This document shows, piece by piece, positions 20,501 to 29,794 of a stretch of 64,000 bases of DNA. This stretch comes from Bacillota bacterium (lineage in GTDB: Bacteria > Bacillota > Limnochordia > DTU087 > JAAYGB01). The notes under the pieces were generated by a model that saw nothing but the letters and a program-made list of their open reading frames with translations, ran no database searches and was not told the origin of the DNA. The stretch lies in contig JAAYGB010000005.1 in the NCBI GenBank assembly GCA_012727955.1, positions 41,800 to 105,799 of the forward strand, given 5' to 3'. The first letter of the stretch is position 1. Each line of letters opens with the position of its first letter. The translations under genes were made by a program, and so were the position numbers.

Positions 20501-21429
20501 ATGGCCTTGTACCTGGGAAGTATGACCTAACCTTCCAGGTGGACGGAGTCAGCTTGGCCGGTGATTTTGGCTCTGGTCGATTCTTTGGCGAGTTAGGATT
20601 GGCGGGAACCTCCGCTGTTCCCGTGGTTCGGGGCAGCCTGCGGGTTGACGATGGCAGGGTAAACTTGAAACTTCCCCAGTCCCAAGGGGGATTGCCCAGG
20701 AACGTACACCTGGACATTCACCTGAGGGCAAAGGAGGATGTATTGGTCCAAGGCTTTGGGCTGGACATGGCGGTGCACGGAGATACCCGTCTCCAGGGAA
20801 CTTTGCAGGAGCCACAGCTGGATGGTACGGTAAAGCTAAGTCGAGGCAGCTTCAACTATCTTGGTACCCGATTCCAGCTCACCTCCGGTAGTTTGGTCTT
20901 TGCTCCCATCAATGGCTACATCCCTTGGGTAGATTTGCGGGCGGAGACCAATCTCACTGCCGGAGAAGTAATTCTCACCATGAGGGGCAGGGCTGATCAA
21001 CTGGACATCACCCTCCGATCGGATCAGGATCTATCCCAACAGGAGTTGATGGCCCAACTAGGGTGGCCTGAGAAAATGGGACAGGCCTTTGATGGTAGGC
21101 TGTGGGCCAATCTCGATTCCGAGGTGATGAGGCTGGTGGAGGGTGAATTTGTCAATCAGTTCCTGGGGGATTTGACCCGTTCCTTCAGGACCGCCCTGAG
21201 TCTGGACAAACTGGAGATTGAGCCGAGCTTCATCGATAAGAATCTTCGCTTTGAGGTGGGCAAGTATGTGGACGATCGGGTGTTTGTCACCTACTCCCGA
21301 AAGGTCTCTGATTCCTCGGAGCAGGAGATTGGAGTGGAGTACCGTCTTAACCCCAATGTGGTTTTCGCCACCACTTTGGACGGTAACGGTGAGAAGTGGT
21401 TTGGATTTCGGGGCCAGTTCCGCTTCTAA
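17503..21429 (+). CDS. tamB: translocation and assembly module protein TamB (AsmA-like, DUF490 C-terminus)
   Basis: 1308 aa; N-terminal membrane anchor; long repetitive beta-rich 'GxV/GxL' body; C-terminal 'FEVGKYVDDRVFVTYSRKV...GVEYRLNPNVVFATT' DUF490-type domain; directly upstream of bamA, as in diderm Firmicute OM clusters. Confidence 0.8.
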   Translation: MRQQLAPHRLLTIVAALVVLYGLALISFPYLVTQLPVQSWIRDRVLARWEERLGITMDFAEMRPAGLGQLEITDVTLTADGAALAQVEKIVIKADLAGLLLALWQPTEVISWVKLISPEVTVDRADLSAWQVMMNEFVSSEAQTMLTGNLPFAVTVSHGTLVIKQGQGIEARLHGINGRAHRRIVIYDGALAVAALPEEITGLAGTVAWGPGGISANLQAKFLGDSITVVGRTRGMKGPRLEVDTLTVTGLGGKVQGVGHVQLPSLRTKGPQSLDYHFALVFDNLQLSPWLGKLVTASITEAPPIPLPTFEALSGTLLIGGGGGAPEFIGDLAVTDLAWQEGKFEHLRTGMVLTSQGLHIDYFSLQGPSGSVDLQGRIGLDRELDFIVTVDGLEVGDLQLVPELAGEVAAEARLSGQYPLVEVEGVVVGDGISYRDHHLGGVETGFRWRDGNLVLSDGKLRLAQEQLDFSGQVTLADQGALDLRITADQLDLGELATLVGQGIPVTGQLAGGLEIKGWIDNLRGEGTLTVTGLGAYGVTADQVTTEFHWQDQTMVLDSLVAQVGGGRVSADGVIDQTQGWNLLVQAQGVDLESLNLTLRQRQGLQGLLQGQGKVTGDWTQPRIKAEVTVIDGAVGGYRLDELNGQVAFAQGIIHLPSVSLRLGADVYRLSGEVDLSQNPRDPALDLQLDLAQASLEGLTLLFPEAKELAVAGPVAGYAQVWGRISDPSGEAQVMVRDGRMLDQPLAATVDLALQDGILTLKESQVHWGEATLTGQGQIANWQELALKFQARRIPLEQLPGSLSVPAHLSGQIDGDLMITGTRTRPKVRGTISLAEAQYQGHRFTQGFGEFFLDGARMHLDRLTLQSAHHTLTARGQVDLALPILTSLGIAEVQPRSRAHVDLRLTVAPNQQSPKSVNVMGAVFQQPRLMSDVVVQGTWQDPKLEGQVEFFSAEVVHGSLPEPARGVKLTVELAGHEVILRRLDSQMGRGKVFGSGVVFLDGLVPGKYDLTFQVDGVSLAGDFGSGRFFGELGLAGTSAVPVVRGSLRVDDGRVNLKLPQSQGGLPRNVHLDIHLRAKEDVLVQGFGLDMAVHGDTRLQGTLQEPQLDGTVKLSRGSFNYLGTRFQLTSGSLVFAPINGYIPWVDLRAETNLTAGEVILTMRGRADQLDITLRSDQDLSQQELMAQLGWPEKMGQAFDGRLWANLDSEVMRLVEGEFVNQFLGDLTRSFRTALSLDKLEIEPSFIDKNLRFEVGKYVDDRVFVTYSRKVSDSSEQEIGVEYRLNPNVVFATTLDGNGEKWFGFRGQFRF

Positions 21430-21586
21430 TTTTCAGTGGAGATCTCTGCCAGTACTGTCAAGATGTATGGTTATTTACACCAACTACATGACAACAGACA
21501 GCAGGGAAGTGCCTCTAGGAGATCGAATTGAGTCTTAAGGAAGCTGAGCTTGGACAACTTTGCTAACGGGGAAGCAGGGAGGTTTT

Positions 21587-23269
21587 ATGGTGACGATTAC
21601 AGTACGACCGGCGTTGCTTGTCGGAACTTTGCTCTCATTATTACTTGTTTTTTCTCTTACCTTATCTGGTACTGTGTATGCTGCGGAACCCATCGTCAAG
21701 GCCATTGTCTTTCAAGGCAACCAGCAGCTGGATGATGTCGAGTTGATGCAGTATATTACCGCAACGAAGCTGGGCGAACCCCTGGATGAAGAGGCGGTGG
21801 AAGCCGACCGCAAGGCGTTGTTTGACTCCGGGTATTTTTGGAGTGTGCAGCCCGCGGAGGTCAGCTTTGTTCCCGGCGGTGTGCACTTGATTTTCAAAGT
21901 GGTGGAAAACCCCGTGGTGGAACGGGTAACCATCGAGACCACTGCTTTGCCGGTGGAAGAATTCCTTGGTGCCCTGTACACTCAGCCCGGTAAAGTTCTC
22001 AACGTCAATGGCCTGCGGGATGACCTGAATCAAGTGATTCCTGAGAAGGCGATGACCGATTATGGCATTCCCGTTCGAGTGAGTGATGCCAGTGTCTCCC
22101 CGGAGACGGGAGAGGTAAATATCGTTCTCGAAGCCCAGATTGTGTCGGAAATCAAGATCTCTGGTAACGAGAAGACCAATGACCATGTCATTACCAGGGA
22201 ATTGGGGATTAAGCCCGGCGATGTTCTCAATCTCAACACCATCAACCAGGGTCTGCATCGGGTTCTGATGCTAGGATACTTTGATGAAATCAGTCGAGAG
22301 ATCTTGCCCGGTGAAAAGGACGATGAGGTGATTCTGCATATTCGAGTGGCGGAACGCAAGACCGCGGTGTTCACCGGTGGTGTGGGCTACAGCTCCCATG
22401 AAGGGCTGATCGGATATGTAGATGTTGCCGATGAAAACTTCCGAGGAAATGGCCAACGGGTCAACTTCCGCTGGGAGTTCGGGAAGAATCGCACTTCCTA
22501 CGATATTGGTTTCTATGAGCCCTACCTGGGCGAAGATGGGAGAAACTCCATCGGTGCCAATATCTATCGAACCACACGAGAGTACAAGCACCAAAATCCA
22601 GAGATAGGAATCTATGAAGCCAAGTCTACCGGGGCCAGTGTCACCTTGGGCCGTCGGTTGACGCCAAACACTCGGGGATACTTGGTGCCCAAGATGGAGA
22701 AAGTATCGGACTGGGAGGGCGAATACACCACTAGGAGTTTGCGTCTGACCACGGTAACCGATACCTCGAACCACCCCTTCTTCCCGACTACCGGTAACAA
22801 GCTGCGCTTGTCCGCAGAATTTGCCGGTGGCCTATTGGGAGGAGACAGTCAGTTTAGTGACTACCAGGCGGATTACAGCAAGTACTTCCCTCTGGGACGG
22901 CGAAACCAGACCCTGGCCTTCCGGCTCTCCGGTGGTGTCTTGACTGGTGACAATATTCCAGACCCAGAACGTTACCGTGTGGGTGGGTCTGAGTCCCTGC
23001 GAGGATACAAATATGGGGAGTTTGAGGGAGACCGGAAGCTGGTGCTGAACAGTGAGTACCGGTTCCAGATTAAGGACGCCTTCCATGGTGTACTCTTTGC
23101 CGACATCGGTAATGCTTGGGATTCAGGAGAATCCATCAGTATGAAGGATCTGAACGTAGGATATGGTGCCGGATTGCGCATTGACACCCCCTTAGGGGTA
23201 CTGCGATTTGACTATGGTTTTGGCGATGACGGCGGCAACTTCTACTTCAGCATCGGTCAAATGTTCTAG
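21587..23269 (+). CDS. bamA: outer membrane protein assembly factor BamA (Omp85)
   Basis: ATG 21587 after a GGGAGG RBS; signal peptide; POTRA-like repeats; C-terminal 16-strand-barrel signatures ('RGYKYGEFEGDRK', 'DIGNAWD') ending in ...GQMF. Confidence 0.88.
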   Translation: MVTITVRPALLVGTLLSLLLVFSLTLSGTVYAAEPIVKAIVFQGNQQLDDVELMQYITATKLGEPLDEEAVEADRKALFDSGYFWSVQPAEVSFVPGGVHLIFKVVENPVVERVTIETTALPVEEFLGALYTQPGKVLNVNGLRDDLNQVIPEKAMTDYGIPVRVSDASVSPETGEVNIVLEAQIVSEIKISGNEKTNDHVITRELGIKPGDVLNLNTINQGLHRVLMLGYFDEISREILPGEKDDEVILHIRVAERKTAVFTGGVGYSSHEGLIGYVDVADENFRGNGQRVNFRWEFGKNRTSYDIGFYEPYLGEDGRNSIGANIYRTTREYKHQNPEIGIYEAKSTGASVTLGRRLTPNTRGYLVPKMEKVSDWEGEYTTRSLRLTTVTDTSNHPFFPTTGNKLRLSAEFAGGLLGGDSQFSDYQADYSKYFPLGRRNQTLAFRLSGGVLTGDNIPDPERYRVGGSESLRGYKYGEFEGDRKLVLNSEYRFQIKDAFHGVLFADIGNAWDSGESISMKDLNVGYGAGLRIDTPLGVLRFDYGFGDDGGNFYFSIGQMF

Positions 23270-23287
23270 AATGTAAATGTAAGCATT

Positions 23288-23327
23288 GGGCTGTTCTTTC
23301 CTTTCCTGGGAGGAACAGCCCTTTTTC
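23288..23327 (+). terminator. rho-independent terminator after bamA
   Basis: stem gggctgttc/gaacagccc then ttttt. Confidence 0.75.
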
Positions 23328-23445
23328 TGCCTTTCGAGCCGAAAAGTGCTTCAGGTGGTAGGTTCCTGTCATTGTCCCAGGGTAGCCTCCGTTGGTATAA
23401 TTGTGCATGCTAATTTGAGAAGATAACCCACCTAAGGAGGGATAA

Positions 23446-23895
23446 GTGATGCAGCGTACCTGGTTGTACGGGGTGGCACTGGTGGTAGCAGCTCTGGGAC
23501 TGCTCGCGGCGATCACGATGCTGTCCGGTGATGTGGTTGGGGTGGTAGATTCCCAACGGATAATGGAGGAATTTGTCGTTGCCAGGGTACAGAAATCCTT
23601 GGAGGAGGAAGCCGAGAGGCTGCAGTCGGAACTGGATCAAGCCATTGCCGAGACCGCCGAGCTACCCGTGGAGGAGCGAGTCCCTAAGGTGGATGAACTA
23701 AAGGAAGAGTATCAACGGCGCCTGGACGAGTACAAGACCCAGTTGGTGGAACCAAAGATTCAGCAGGTTAAGACTGTCATTAAAGAGGTGGCAAGCGCTC
23801 GCCGGGTGGATATGGTCATCGACAATGCCAGTCAGTTGGTTTTGTACGGCGGAGTTGATCTGACCGATGAGGTACTGGAAGAGCTTGGTAAGTGA
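23446..23895 (+). CDS. skp: OmpH/Skp-like periplasmic chaperone
   Basis: 149 aa; signal/TM then coiled coil; C-term 'ARRVDMVIDNASQLVLYGGVDLTDEVLEEL' is the typical Skp/OmpH ending; follows bamA. Confidence 0.75.
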   Translation: MMQRTWLYGVALVVAALGLLAAITMLSGDVVGVVDSQRIMEEFVVARVQKSLEEEAERLQSELDQAIAETAELPVEERVPKVDELKEEYQRRLDEYKTQLVEPKIQQVKTVIKEVASARRVDMVIDNASQLVLYGGVDLTDEVLEELGK

Positions 23896-23929
23896 AGTGC
23901 CAGGGCCGGATAGGGGGGGAGTGAGGAAG

Positions 23930-25045
23930 ATGCCAAGAACTTATCGGAGCTTTGCCGTGATTTCATTCCTGATTTTGGGCGCTGCCCTCACAGTCGCAGC
24001 AGTGATCTGTATCGAACTCGGGATCGGGGCAGCTGCTTCCCTGGGATATGTGGATATGGAGCGGGCGATGACGCAACACCCCCTCTATTCAGAGCTGGTG
24101 GAGCTGCAGAAGCAGATCCAAGAGGAAGAACAGCGTTGGGATCGCTATGTCGGGCAGGTTCTGGCGACCTCAGACCCCCAGGCCTATCAGGAGTGGGTGG
24201 CGACCCTGTATGGCTCTGGAGTATCGACCCTGCAGGAGGAGAATCATCGGCAGATTGCCCAGCGCCAAGAGAAGATTGAAGCCCAGTTGGCGCAAGAGCT
24301 AGAGAGGCTGCAGCAAGAGGCGCTAACCAGCTGGGAGCAGACCCAGGAGAATCATCGGCAGCTCTTTGCCCAGAAGCAAGAGGAGTTAGCCACTGCCATC
24401 GAAGCAGAGCTTAACGCTGAGGCAGAGCTGGTCCGGAAGTCTTACCAGCGGGAGATCCTCAACCTCCAGGTGGAACTGCTGCTGCAAAACAGCCTAACCT
24501 CCCAGGAGCGATTGGAAAAGACAGCGCAGCTGGAAGAACTTCAGGATGAGATGCAGGATAGACTCCAGGAATTGAGCGGGGCCTACACCGCTCTGTTGGA
24601 GGATAGGATCGCGGAGCTGGCCCAGCAGATGGAAAGGGATCTCAAGTCCCTGGAAGACGAGGCCAACAACAGGCTAGAGGCACAGATTAAAGAGGCTGAA
24701 GCTCTGGCGCAACAGGAGCTAGATCGCTACCTGCGTGCTAAGGAGGAAAGCATGGTCGCTGCATTGACCACCCGCGAGGAAACTTTGGCGCGGATGCAAG
24801 GCCCCTTACTGGACACCCTGATCCAGCAGGGCCTGGTGTCGGAGCAGAGTCGGCAGATGCAAAGCTTCATCGAAGGGGAATTGCAGACCAAGGCCCAGCG
24901 TTTGTTAGAGACAATCCACGGAGACATTCAGGCCGCTGCAACCCAAGTTGCCCAGAGGCAAAGGCTGCAGGTGGTTTTGACCGACAGTGAGTTTTCCGAG
25001 GACCTGATTGACGTAACTGACAGTGTGATTGATGCAATGCGATAA
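23930..25045 (+). CDS. extended OmpH/Skp-like coiled-coil protein
   Basis: 371 aa from ATG 23930; N-terminal TM; ~300 aa Q/E/L-rich coiled coil; OmpH-like C-terminus 'LQVVLTDSEFSEDLIDVTDSVIDAM'. Confidence 0.55.
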   Translation: MPRTYRSFAVISFLILGAALTVAAVICIELGIGAAASLGYVDMERAMTQHPLYSELVELQKQIQEEEQRWDRYVGQVLATSDPQAYQEWVATLYGSGVSTLQEENHRQIAQRQEKIEAQLAQELERLQQEALTSWEQTQENHRQLFAQKQEELATAIEAELNAEAELVRKSYQREILNLQVELLLQNSLTSQERLEKTAQLEELQDEMQDRLQELSGAYTALLEDRIAELAQQMERDLKSLEDEANNRLEAQIKEAEALAQQELDRYLRAKEESMVAALTTREETLARMQGPLLDTLIQQGLVSEQSRQMQSFIEGELQTKAQRLLETIHGDIQAAATQVAQRQRLQVVLTDSEFSEDLIDVTDSVIDAMR

Positions 25046-25060
25046 AGCTCTTGTTTACGT

Positions 25061-25120
25061 CCTGAAGTTCCCTGCTGGCGAGAGGATTCTATGTCCAGCA
25101 GCGGAACTTCAGGTGGTTTT
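25061..25120. terminator. bidirectional terminator hairpin between convergent genes
   Basis: ~18-bp stem cctgaagttccctgctgg / ccagcagcggaacttcagg; T-run on the + strand side; minus-strand gene 25120..25749 ends immediately adjacent. Confidence 0.7.
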
Positions 25121-25749
25121 TAGCCCATCAAAAGGCGAGGAATTGGTCCAAGGGTACAGAGATTCATGTCGAGATCTTCATAGGGGATGGGGAACTCCAG
25201 GATACCTGCTGAATAGGGAGCAATCTCATAGAGTTGGAAATAAATCACCAAGTCCCTTGGGGTCAAATAGAAATCCTGGTCTGGAGAGATTTGCTCAAAG
25301 GGCTTCAAGAGTGGAATATCTCGGGCTTCAATTTCCGCTGCGATAATGGCCGACAACTCCGCTACATAGTCGAATCCCGGTCGGAAAAGATCCGCCAGCT
25401 CATACTTATATCCAGTGATTGTTTCGAAGGTGAGGGAGCGTTGAAAGGTCATCGGATGGGCTGCCTGAGGCGGAAATCCAAAATTGGTAAAGACGATGCT
25501 TAACAGGCCTTGCTGATTGAGTTCGACGGTGTAGTCTCCGGTGATCTTAGGAACTACTCCGGGAGCCCAAGCCGCCCTTTGTTCCTTGATCATCTTATAA
25601 ACCAAGCGTTGTATGGATCGGTTCATCCTCTGTTGAGCCAGACTGTTGGTACCACCAACTACTTCCGGGTAGAGGATATCCACCATCGGTTCCAGGATTC
25701 TTGCCTGTCGTAGCCTCACGGACCGCCGTTGTTCATGCTCCATACACAC
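25120..25749 (-). CDS. DUF4163/DUF3298-like (RsiV C-terminal-domain-like) protein
   Basis: 209 aa; pattern 'ILYPEVVGGTNSLAQQRMNRSIQRLV...YTVELNQQGLLSIVF' and 'DLVIYFQLYEIAPYSAGILEFPIPY' resembles the DUF4163+DUF3298 pair; function unknown. Confidence 0.45.
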   Translation of the reverse strand: MCMEHEQRRSVRLRQARILEPMVDILYPEVVGGTNSLAQQRMNRSIQRLVYKMIKEQRAAWAPGVVPKITGDYTVELNQQGLLSIVFTNFGFPPQAAHPMTFQRSLTFETITGYKYELADLFRPGFDYVAELSAIIAAEIEARDIPLLKPFEQISPDQDFYLTPRDLVIYFQLYEIAPYSAGILEFPIPYEDLDMNLCTLGPIPRLLMG

Positions 25750-25922
25750 TCCTCCTTCCTGATGGGTTCCTGTCAGTGTATGTTTTGAGGGAGGAAAAGG
25801 TGCTCTGGCCAGCTTGCCTCAAGATGCGGTGAGAAAGTTGTCCGCGAACCCCCGAGGGCAAGGGGAAAGGCAAAGGGACAGAGAATCTGTTATATATCTC
25901 ACTAATTGTTGGGAGGATTAGC

Positions 25923-27218
25923 ATGCCTAAAATCACCTTCTTGGGGGCCGGTAGCACAGTTTTTGCCAAGAGCGTCTTGGGGGACTGTATGCTGACCCCA
26001 GCACTACGGGACTCTCACATCGCTCTGTATGATATCGATTTGCAGCGGCTGAAGGATTCCGAAAGAATGCTGCAAAACATCAATGCCAACAATGGTAATC
26101 ATGCGACCATCGTGGCCTATACCGATCGGAAAAAGGCCTTAGAGGGAGCAGATTATGTAGTTAACGCCGTTCAAATCGGAGGATATGAACCCTGTACCGT
26201 TATTGACTTTGAGGTTCCCAAAAAGTATGGACTGCGGCAGACCATTGGTGACACCTTGGGGATCGGTGGGATCTTCCGGGCATTGAGGACAATTCCAGTG
26301 ATGCTGGATTTTGCCCGGGACATGGAAGAAGTCTGCCCCGACTCGTGGTTCTTGAATTACACTAATCCCATGGCTATCCTTACCGGCGCTATGCTCCGAG
26401 CGACGGATATTAAGACGGTAGGTTTGTGCCACAGCGTTCAGGTCTGTGCCACCCACCTGCTAGAGGGACTGGGGATGGAGACCGACAATATCCAATGGAA
26501 AATTGCCGGAATCAACCATATGGCCTGGTTGTTAGAGATTACCCGGGATGGGGTAGACTTGTATCCGGAGATTAAGCGTCGGGCCCTAGAGCGGGAGACT
26601 CCCCATAATGACATGGTCCGCTATGAAATCATGAAGCGCTTTGGTTACTATGTCACCGAATCCAGTGAGCACAATGCTGAGTACATGCCCTACTTCATCA
26701 AGAGCCAGTACCCGGAGTTAATCGAGCAGTTTAACATTCCCCTCGATGAGTATCCTCGACGGTGCGTGGCGCAGATTGCCGGCTGGGAGAAAATGAGAGA
26801 GCAGCTGGTGGAGAACAAAGACATCGAGCATCGGCGGTCCCATGAGTATGCCTCCTATATCATGGAAGCGATGGAAACCGACAAGCCTTACAAGATCGGC
26901 GGCAACGTGATGAACACCGGCTTGATCACCAATCTGCCCGAGGAGGCCTGTGTAGAAGTGCCCTGTCTGGTGGACGCCAGTGGCGTCACTCCCTGTTACG
27001 TAGGGGCGCTGCCACCCCAGTTAGCGGCTTTGAATATGACCAACATCAATGTTCAGTTGTTGACCATTGAGGCGGCCTTGACTGGGAAGAAGGAATACAT
27101 CTACCATGCGGCAATGCTCGATCCCCACACTTCCTCGGAGCTGACCATTGACCAGATCTACAACCTCGTTGATGACCTCATCGAGGCCCACGGTGACTGG
27201 CTGCCGAAGTACAAGTAA
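25923..27218 (+). CDS. glycoside hydrolase family 4 (NAD/Mn-dependent alpha-glucosidase/alpha-galactosidase/6-phospho-glycosidase)
   Basis: 431 aa; N-terminal Rossmann 'KITFLGAGSTVFAKSVLGD'; 'NYTNPMAILTGAM' and 'GLCHSVQ' GH4 motifs. Confidence 0.88.
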   Translation: MPKITFLGAGSTVFAKSVLGDCMLTPALRDSHIALYDIDLQRLKDSERMLQNINANNGNHATIVAYTDRKKALEGADYVVNAVQIGGYEPCTVIDFEVPKKYGLRQTIGDTLGIGGIFRALRTIPVMLDFARDMEEVCPDSWFLNYTNPMAILTGAMLRATDIKTVGLCHSVQVCATHLLEGLGMETDNIQWKIAGINHMAWLLEITRDGVDLYPEIKRRALERETPHNDMVRYEIMKRFGYYVTESSEHNAEYMPYFIKSQYPELIEQFNIPLDEYPRRCVAQIAGWEKMREQLVENKDIEHRRSHEYASYIMEAMETDKPYKIGGNVMNTGLITNLPEEACVEVPCLVDASGVTPCYVGALPPQLAALNMTNINVQLLTIEAALTGKKEYIYHAAMLDPHTSSELTIDQIYNLVDDLIEAHGDWLPKYK

Positions 27219-27304
27219 ACCTGCTTTAGGCTTGAGTTGGCCCCATAGTTAGCAACAAGTGGCATTTGGTTCGATGTAAATAATCAGGGAAAATTTGGTT
27301 AGAC

Positions 27305-27338
27305 TAAGGGTGAGGCGTAGGCTTCACCCTTGGTTTTT
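27305..27338 (+). terminator. rho-independent terminator after GH4 gene
   Basis: stem aagggtgagg/cttcaccctt then tggttttt. Confidence 0.7.
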
Positions 27339-27373
27339 ATCACTTAGTGTAGCTACTTGTTGGGAGGGAAACT

Positions 27374-27808
27374 ATGGTGCAGTCAAAGGCTTGGTTACGT
27401 TGGGGGTTACTAATCATCGCAGCAGTCGCTTTGCTGATTATCGGTGGCTGCAGGGCTGGCAATACCACTGCTGACGTCGGTGTGATTGACATCTCCAAGA
27501 TAGTGGCCAAGAGCTCGAAGGCTCAAGCCTATCAGCAGCAGTTGGTGGATAAGCTTGAGGAGCTCGAGACCCGTCTCGAGGAGGAAACGGCGGATCTTGA
27601 TGAGGAGGAAGCCCAACAAAAACAGAAGGAAATCTACAGCGAGTACCTAACCTTGAAGCAGGAATTGGAAGGAAAACTAGAGAACGAAATCAACGAAGCT
27701 CTGAAAAAAGTAGTCGATAAGCGAAACCTAGATCTGGTACTGTATCGAGAAAGTGTCCGGTACGGAGGGGTAGATATCACGGATTCTATTATCGAAGAGT
27801 TGGACTAG
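27374..27808 (+). CDS. skp: OmpH/Skp-like periplasmic chaperone (third copy)
   Basis: 144 aa; signal peptide, coiled coil; C-term 'VDKRNLDLVLYRESVRYGGVDITDSIIEELD' typical OmpH ending; immediately upstream of lpxD. Confidence 0.75.
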   Translation: MVQSKAWLRWGLLIIAAVALLIIGGCRAGNTTADVGVIDISKIVAKSSKAQAYQQQLVDKLEELETRLEEETADLDEEEAQQKQKEIYSEYLTLKQELEGKLENEINEALKKVVDKRNLDLVLYRESVRYGGVDITDSIIEELD

Positions 27809-27817
27809 ATTAGTTAG

Positions 27818-27848
27818 GGAACCGGAGCTGTTCCGGTTCTTTTTTTTG
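27818..27848 (+). terminator. rho-independent terminator/attenuator between skp and lpxD
   Basis: stem gaaccggag/ttccggttc followed by T8. Confidence 0.7.
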
Positions 27849-27866
27849 AAGGAAAGGGTGAAGGAC

Positions 27867-28910
27867 ATGTATACGCTTGCAGAACTGGCGGAGTTGGTGG
27901 GCGGAGAAGTTCACGGTCCGGGAGATTTGCCGATTCAAGGGATAGCTTCCCTGGAGGATGCCACCCTCAATGATATCAGTTTTGTCGATTCAACCAAGCA
28001 CCTACCTCAGGCGCTGGATAGTGCAGCCAAGGCCTTGATCGTGGGTCAAGATATTGCCCTTGAGGAGTTAGACAAGCCGGTGATTCGCACGGAAAACCCC
28101 CGGTTAGCCTTTGCGACCCTCTTGGAGCATTTTGCCCCGGTGTTGTCTGTGGAACTGGGGGTTCATCCCAGTGCCGTTATCGGTGAGGGAGTCCAGCTCG
28201 GTGAGGGTTGTTCCATCGGAGCCCATGTGGTCATTGAAGCCGATGCCACCATTGGTGACAATGTGATTGTTTACCCCGGCACCTATATTGGACAAGGGTC
28301 AGTCATCGGTGACAATACAATTATCTATCCCAACGTAGTGATCCGGGAGTATGTAGAAATCGGTGCCAACGTGATCATTCAACCCGGGGCGGTTTTAGGG
28401 GGCGACGGCTTTGGCTTTGTCACCGTCAAAGGCAAGCATCACAAGGTACCTCATATTGGCAAGGTGATTATTGAAGACGATGTGGAAATTGGAGCCAATG
28501 TTACCATTGACCGAGCCACCTGTGGTCGAACCGTCGTTGGTCGGGGAACAAAGATCGATAATCTGGTGCAGCTGGGTCACAACGTAGTTGTGGGAGAGGA
28601 CTGTCTCATCGTGGCCATGGTTGGAATCGCAGGCAGCGCGCCCATCGGCAACCGTGTCACCGTGGCGGGGCAAGCGGGAATTGCCGGGCACTTGCAGGTT
28701 GGCGACGATACTGTAGTTGCCGCTCGGTCTTTGGTTATTGGTAGTGTGCCGCCTCGTCAATTCGTTTCCGGCTCGCCGGCCCGTGACCATGGCGAATCGA
28801 TGCGGGCCATCGCTGCCCAGCGGCGAGTTCCCGATTTAATCAAACGGGTTAGAGCGCTAGAGAAGGAGTTAGAAGCCCTCAAGACGCAGCTGGCTGGCCA
28901 ATGGGACTAG
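27867..28910 (+). CDS. lpxD: UDP-3-O-(3-hydroxyacyl)glucosamine N-acyltransferase LpxD
   Basis: ATG 27867 (RBS gaaggaaagggtgaagg); N-term 'MYTLAELAELVGGEVHGPGDLPIQGIASLEDAT' LpxD N-domain; long left-handed beta-helix hexapeptide repeats; C-terminal helix. Confidence 0.9.
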   Translation: MYTLAELAELVGGEVHGPGDLPIQGIASLEDATLNDISFVDSTKHLPQALDSAAKALIVGQDIALEELDKPVIRTENPRLAFATLLEHFAPVLSVELGVHPSAVIGEGVQLGEGCSIGAHVVIEADATIGDNVIVYPGTYIGQGSVIGDNTIIYPNVVIREYVEIGANVIIQPGAVLGGDGFGFVTVKGKHHKVPHIGKVIIEDDVEIGANVTIDRATCGRTVVGRGTKIDNLVQLGHNVVVGEDCLIVAMVGIAGSAPIGNRVTVAGQAGIAGHLQVGDDTVVAARSLVIGSVPPRQFVSGSPARDHGESMRAIAAQRRVPDLIKRVRALEKELEALKTQLAGQWD

Positions 28911-29071
28911 GACCAAAGTCGAATTGGATACAACTGCCAGTTTAGGCAACAGGAAAAGACAAGCCAAACGCAGAACTCATGAAAAGCTCCTGCCCCTCGC
29001 CAATTCCTGTATAGCTTAACGATCTTTTCGTAGGCAAAATCCTGAACTCAACGAGTATAGGGAGGAAAATC

Positions 29072-29719
29072 ATGAAGGGTAAATACTTAATTGTGACTGC
29101 ATTATTGGTGGCCACCGTCTGGTTTGGCCTTGTCGGCCTGGGCTCGGCGGCAACGACCACGTGGGGACCAACGGGGTTAATTAATGTCCCCACCGCGGAT
29201 GTCAACGTTCCCGGTCGCTTAGATTTGGCGATGCATCATTTGAAGAGTCGAACATCCTTAGTCGCCAGCTACGGCGTCTTGGACACCTTGGAGGCCGGCA
29301 TCGGAGTGCACAACCTAGGCGGCGACAGTGAGTTGTCCATTAACGTCAAGGGTGTTCTGATCGAAGAGACTGCGGACCTACCGGCCCTGGCCCTGGGTCT
29401 CAGCGGCGTTGAGGATACCACCTATTACATGGTGGCCAGCAAGAGTTTGCCGGGCTTGGGCATTCGGGGACACCTGGGTATCGGTAGCGGAAGGGTCGAC
29501 GGCCTGTTCATCGGGGCTGAGAAGGTACTCAATCCCGTGACGGTTACCACTTCCGGACAGGGAATGAGAATCCCGGTAACGACTTTGATGGCCGAGTGGG
29601 ATGGTTCCGACCTCAATATCGGTGCCGACTTCGCCTTCAGCTATGGCCTGAAGGTCAGGGTCATGATCAATGACATGGATTCCCTGGGTGTCGGTTTGCA
29701 GCTCAGTGCTCAACTCTAG
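29072..29719 (+). CDS. putative small outer-membrane beta-barrel protein
   Basis: 215 aa; signal peptide 'MKGKYLIVTALLVATVWFGLVGLGSA'; mature N-term 'TWGPTGLINVPTADV' (an OMP plug/N-term-like motif); alternating amphipathic beta-strand pattern, Gly-rich; inside the LPS/OM cluster. Confidence 0.4.
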   Translation: MKGKYLIVTALLVATVWFGLVGLGSAATTTWGPTGLINVPTADVNVPGRLDLAMHHLKSRTSLVASYGVLDTLEAGIGVHNLGGDSELSINVKGVLIEETADLPALALGLSGVEDTTYYMVASKSLPGLGIRGHLGIGSGRVDGLFIGAEKVLNPVTVTTSGQGMRIPVTTLMAEWDGSDLNIGADFAFSYGLKVRVMINDMDSLGVGLQLSAQL

Positions 29720-29794
29720 AGGTAACTTCTGCTAACTCCAGCGTGCCCTTCGGGAGTTGTCCGTTAGGGGGCGAGAAGACTGAGTTGGAGCCGG

